64,000 bases of DNA, taken from Candidatus Omnitrophota bacterium (GTDB lineage Bacteria > Omnitrophota > Gorgyraeia > Gorgyraeales > Gorgyraeaceae). The notes under the pieces are model-generated. The model was not told the origin of the DNA. It saw nothing but the letters and a program-made list of their open reading frames with translations, and made no database searches. The stretch covers positions 1,503 to 65,502 of the forward strand of contig JBDRJN010000015.1 of assembly GCA_043814965.1 (NCBI GenBank), read 5' to 3'. Below are positions 60,524 to 64,000 of the stretch, piece after piece (positions within the stretch are counted from its first letter, which is position 1; each line of letters opens with the position of its first letter). A program made the position numbers and the translations under genes.

Positions 60524-61675
60524 ATGGATTATTTTCTTACTGAACAACAGATAATGATACGCGACCTGGCCAGGCAGATCGCAACTGAAAAGATAAGGCC
60601 TGTAGCAGCCAAATATGACGAAGAGGGCATATTTCCTTGGGATATAGTAAAGATCCTCGCAGATAGTGACCTCTGTGGTATATATATAGATGAAAAATAT
60701 GGCGGTATAGGCGGCGGAGTAATGGACCTGGTCGTTGCAACTGAAGAGTTGTCAAAAGTATGCGGAGGCATATCCCTGGCTGTGGCTGCTACTGCGCTCG
60801 GGACTTTTCCAATAATACTATTTGGCACTGAAGAACAAAAGCAAAAATACCTGCCTGATATTGCCAGTGGTAAAAAATTAGCTGCATTTGGATTGACAGA
60901 GGCAGGCGCAGGAAGCGATGCGGCAAGTATCCAGACCACTGCAGAGAAAAAAGGAGACCACTATATATTAAACGGTACAAAACAATGGATAACTAATGGC
61001 GGAGAGGCTGAGGTATATACAGTCGTGGCATCAGTCGATAGGTCAAAAGGCGCCAGAGGCGCGGCATGTTTTATAGTCGAGAAAGGCACGCCTGGATTTG
61101 AATTTGGTAAAAAAGAAGACAAGATGGGCATCAGGGCATCCGCTACAAGAGAGCTTGTATTCACAGACTGCAAGATCCCGAAAGAAAATATATTAGGTAA
61201 AGAGGGACAGGGTTTCATAGTAGCTATGAAGACATTTGACCAGTCAAGGCCGGGAGTAGCGTCTCAGGCCCTTGGCATCGCTCAAGGAGCATTAGACCTG
61301 ACGTTAGCTTATGTAAAAGAAAGAAAACAGTTCGGAAAGAGTATCTCCAGTTTTCAGGGTGTACAGTTCATGCTGGCTGATATGGGTACACAGATAGAGG
61401 CTGCAAGGGCATTGGTATATGCTGCTGCAAAGATGATAGATAGCGGAGCTAAAAGAATAGCAAAAGAAAGCGCCATGGCAAAATTATTTGCTTCAGATGT
61501 GGCAATGAGCGTTACTACTGATTGCGTACAGTTATTCGGCGGCTATGGGTATATGAAGGATTATCCAATAGAAAAATACATGAGAGACGCAAAGATCACC
61601 CAGATATATGAAGGCACTAACCAGATACAGCGCAGCGTCATAGCTCTCAACATGATAAAGGAGAAGGCAGCGTAA
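60524..61675 (+). CDS. Acyl-CoA dehydrogenase (short-chain/butyryl-CoA dehydrogenase-like)
   Basis: 383 aa; ACAD motifs GLTEAGAGSD, catalytic E near C-terminus (YEGTNQIQ); followed by etfBA. Confidence 0.88.
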   Translation: MDYFLTEQQIMIRDLARQIATEKIRPVAAKYDEEGIFPWDIVKILADSDLCGIYIDEKYGGIGGGVMDLVVATEELSKVCGGISLAVAATALGTFPIILFGTEEQKQKYLPDIASGKKLAAFGLTEAGAGSDAASIQTTAEKKGDHYILNGTKQWITNGGEAEVYTVVASVDRSKGARGAACFIVEKGTPGFEFGKKEDKMGIRASATRELVFTDCKIPKENILGKEGQGFIVAMKTFDQSRPGVASQALGIAQGALDLTLAYVKERKQFGKSISSFQGVQFMLADMGTQIEAARALVYAAAKMIDSGAKRIAKESAMAKLFASDVAMSVTTDCVQLFGGYGYMKDYPIEKYMRDAKITQIYEGTNQIQRSVIALNMIKEKAA

Positions 61676-61711
61676 TTTCGGGTTACGGGATACGGTGAAC
61701 GGGGATAAGTC

Positions 61712-62521
61712 ATGAATATTATAGTTTGTATAAAGCAGGTACCTGATACTACGAATGTAAGGATAGACCCTGAGACCAATACATTGATCAGGACAGGAGT
61801 GGAAAGCATAATCAATCCTTTCGATATGTATGCTATCGAAGAAGGTATCCGCATCAAGGAAAAATTAGGAGGAAACGTTATTGTGATCACTATGGGGCCT
61901 CCTCAGGCAGAGAGCGCTTTGAGGGAGCCTATTTCTTTAGGGGCAGATGAGGCATATCTGGTATCAGACAGGGCTTTTGCGGGAAGTGATACATGGGCAA
62001 CTAGCTATACTTTGGCAAAAGCTATCCAAAAGATAGGCGGATATTATATAATCATCTGCGGTAAGCAGGCCATAGACGGTGATACTGCGCAGGTCGGGCC
62101 TGGGATATCAGCTCATCTTGATATACCACAGATCACTTATGTAAAAAAGATAGAGGAATTAGTCCTAGATGGCAATAATAATCGCGATCATTACGGCAAT
62201 ATCCGGGCTGAAGGGATGACAGAAGAAGGGTATGATATCATCGAATCACCCCTTCCCTGCCTATTGACAGTGGTTAAAGAAATAAATGAACCAAGATTAC
62301 CTTCTTTAAAAGGTAAGATGAAAGCAAAGAAGGCTGAGATAAAAAAGATCGAAGCAAAAGATTTGGATTTAGACCCATCCTTACTAGGTTTAAACGGTTC
62401 TCCTACAAAAGTAGTAAAGATATTCACACCTTCTCCTAGAAAAGGCGGCCAGATGTTGGAGGGGGAAGCAGTTGAGGTTAGCGAAAAGTTAGTTAACTTA
62501 TTAAAGGAGGAAATAGTATAA
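61712..62521 (+). CDS. etfB: Electron transfer flavoprotein beta subunit
   Basis: 269 aa; MNIIVCIKQVPDT N-terminus. Confidence 0.88.
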   Translation: MNIIVCIKQVPDTTNVRIDPETNTLIRTGVESIINPFDMYAIEEGIRIKEKLGGNVIVITMGPPQAESALREPISLGADEAYLVSDRAFAGSDTWATSYTLAKAIQKIGGYYIIICGKQAIDGDTAQVGPGISAHLDIPQITYVKKIEELVLDGNNNRDHYGNIRAEGMTEEGYDIIESPLPCLLTVVKEINEPRLPSLKGKMKAKKAEIKKIEAKDLDLDPSLLGLNGSPTKVVKIFTPSPRKGGQMLEGEAVEVSEKLVNLLKEEIV

Positions 62522-62552
62522 AAGTATAGAGGCATAAAAGTTTGTTGGTTTA

Positions 62553-62587
62553 ACTTTTAGACTTTTAGACTTTTAGACTTTTAGACT
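62553..62587. repeat. Tandem 8-nt repeat (acttttag x4 + partial) immediately upstream of etfA start
   Basis: Seen directly; related motif acttttaaac x2 at 63835-63870 upstream of smc. Confidence 0.7.
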
Positions 62588-62591
62588 AAAA

Positions 62592-63800
62592 ATGTCAATA
62601 AGAGTAATTAATGAAAAATGCACAGGCTGCAAATTATGTATAAAGGCATGCCCTTTTAACGCGATCGAGGTAATAAATAAAAAAGCTGTCATTGATCTTG
62701 ATAAGTGTACCTTATGCGGCGCATGTATCGAATCGTGTAAATTCAATGCAATAGTGCTTGATAAACTAAGCCCTACTGATATAGATTTTTCAAAGAAACT
62801 TGACCAGTATAAAGATGTCTGGGTATTCTGCGAGCAGAAGAATGGTGTGATCCAGAGCGTGAGCTACGAGCTCTTGGGTAAAGGCAGAGAGCTTGCTGAT
62901 ACCCTGGGAGTGGACCTATGCGGAGTCCTTTTGGGAGACAATATAAAAGGAGAGGCTATCAAGATCGTACAAAGAGGCGCCAATAAAGTCTATCTGGTAG
63001 ATGCGCCAAAGCTCAAACATTATCAGAGTGAGCCCTACACCAAAGTCCTTGTAAAACTTATCAAAGAGTATAGGCCTGAGATAGTACTTTGCGGCGCTAC
63101 TTCTATAGGCCGGTCCCTGATATCAAGGGTCGCCATAGGAATACATGCAGGACTTACAGCGGATTGCACAGGGCTTGATATTGATAAAAAAGAAAGGCTT
63201 CTTTTACAGACCAGGCCCGCGTTTGGCGGAAACATCATGGCAACTATCATATGCCCCAATCACAGGCCTCAGATGTCAACTGTGAGGCACAAGGTCATGA
63301 AAGAGGCTGAAATAGATCCTCACCATAGGGGCAAGATCATTGAAAATAGCTATGACGAGGAGACATATTTTTCGCGCACAAAACTCCTGGATGTCGTAGA
63401 GGAGATAGAAGAGACAGTAAACCTGACAGAGGCTGATATCATCGTGTCTGGCGGTAGGGGGCTTCAAAAAGCAGAGAATTTTTCTTTGGTAGAAGGCTTG
63501 GCTAAGGTACTGGGAGGTGCAGTGGGGTCTTCCAGGGCTGGGGTGGATGCTGGATGGAAGAGTTACTCTCATCAGGTAGGCCAGACCGGAAAGACAGTCT
63601 GTCCGAAGATATATATAGCATGCGGCATCTCAGGCCAGATACAACATCTTGTCGGCATGCAGTCCTCAAAGATAATAGTCGCTATAAATAAAGACCCGCA
63701 TGCCCCGATATTCAGCGTTGCAACATACGGCATAGTGGGGGATCTATTTGAGATATTGCCGAACCTGACAGAGAAATTTAGAGCAGTATTGAAGAAATAA
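62592..63800 (+). CDS. etfA: Electron transfer flavoprotein alpha subunit with N-terminal 2x[4Fe-4S] ferredoxin domain
   Basis: 402 aa; two CxxCxxCxxxCP clusters (CTGCKLCIKACP, CTLCGACIESC) then EtfA FAD-binding domain. Confidence 0.88.
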   Translation: MSIRVINEKCTGCKLCIKACPFNAIEVINKKAVIDLDKCTLCGACIESCKFNAIVLDKLSPTDIDFSKKLDQYKDVWVFCEQKNGVIQSVSYELLGKGRELADTLGVDLCGVLLGDNIKGEAIKIVQRGANKVYLVDAPKLKHYQSEPYTKVLVKLIKEYRPEIVLCGATSIGRSLISRVAIGIHAGLTADCTGLDIDKKERLLLQTRPAFGGNIMATIICPNHRPQMSTVRHKVMKEAEIDPHHRGKIIENSYDEETYFSRTKLLDVVEEIEETVNLTEADIIVSGGRGLQKAENFSLVEGLAKVLGGAVGSSRAGVDAGWKSYSHQVGQTGKTVCPKIYIACGISGQIQHLVGMQSSKIIVAINKDPHAPIFSVATYGIVGDLFEILPNLTEKFRAVLKK

Positions 63801-63874
63801 TATAAAAGTATAAAGTTATAAAGGTTAGCTGTTTTACTTTTAAACTTCTTACTTTTAAACCTTTAAACTAAAAA

Positions 63875-64000
63875 ATGTACTTTAAACGCCTAGAACTATA
63901 CGGATTCAAATCTTTTGCTGAAAAGACACGCCTAGATTTTGAACCAGGCATAACAGCTGTGGTAGGCCCTAATGGCTGCGGCAAATCCAATATAGCAGAT
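63875..64000 (+). CDS. smc: Chromosome segregation protein SMC (5' partial; runs off window)
   Basis: [42 protein letters not shown]; not in the ORF track because there is no stop in the window. Confidence 0.8.
   Translation, partial: MYFKRLELYGFKSFAEKTRLDFEPGITAVVGPNGCGKSNIAD

Overview
This is an AT-rich (about 40% GC by eye), gene-dense bacterial chromosomal segment with almost all genes on the + strand.

The first ~36 kb is housekeeping:
- An EF-G paralog, yebC, ruvCAB, queH, a SpoIID-like gene, queA, tgt, yajC-secDF, a CDF transporter, recJ, rpmB (the only clear minus-strand gene), a PflX-like radical SAM gene, a DUF4143 AAA ATPase, recG, rsmD, coaD, and pta plus a short ack/buk-family kinase.
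- yceD-rpmF-plsX-fabH-fabD-fabF-fabG-acpP-fabF, with two KAS II paralogs.
- At the 3' end of the window, an acyl-CoA dehydrogenase with etfB and a ferredoxin-fused etfA, then the first 42 codons of smc.

Four very large signal-peptide proteins are embedded in this:
- A 1656-aa protein (18250-23220) whose N-terminal half carries all four alpha-D-phosphohexomutase motifs in degenerate form. An internal twin-arginine/lipobox signal follows, and then an (alpha/alpha)6-like domain.
- Three paralogous giants of 1221, 2464 and 1148 aa (37141-52789). Each has a beta-propeller (FG-GAP/VCBS-type) region plus carboxypeptidase-regulatory-like repeats. The largest begins with a subtilisin-like domain whose catalytic His and Ser appear replaced (Q, A).

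Immediately downstream (53010-60218) is a compact T2SS / type-IV-pilus-like module: a GspE/PilB ATPase, a GspL-like PilM-N fusion, a GspM/PilO-like protein, a small MerR-like HTH, an ExeA-like AAA protein, a GspC/PilP/ExeB-like protein, and a secretin with a C-terminal TonB_C-like extension. No pilins, platform protein (GspF/PilC) or prepilin peptidase are present in the window.

The intergenic space is full of REP-type palindromes, all starting with GTAG (GTAGGGGAGCCTTAAGGCTCCCCTAC and variants). A REP-associated tyrosine transposase (RAYT, IS200-like) sits between imperfect copies of a 22-nt REP-derived sequence next to recG.

Several other conserved non-coding modules recur:
- A leader hairpin plus T-tract upstream of two giant genes.
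- An SD-adjacent hairpin upstream of three genes.
- A ~165-nt element closed by terminal inverted repeats, present twice.
- Tandem terminator-ended sRNA-like units.
- A long imperfect hairpin between queA and tgt.

No rRNA, tRNA or CRISPR array was found. All RNA/regulatory coordinates are approximate (± a few nt), and all family assignments are by eye without database searches.
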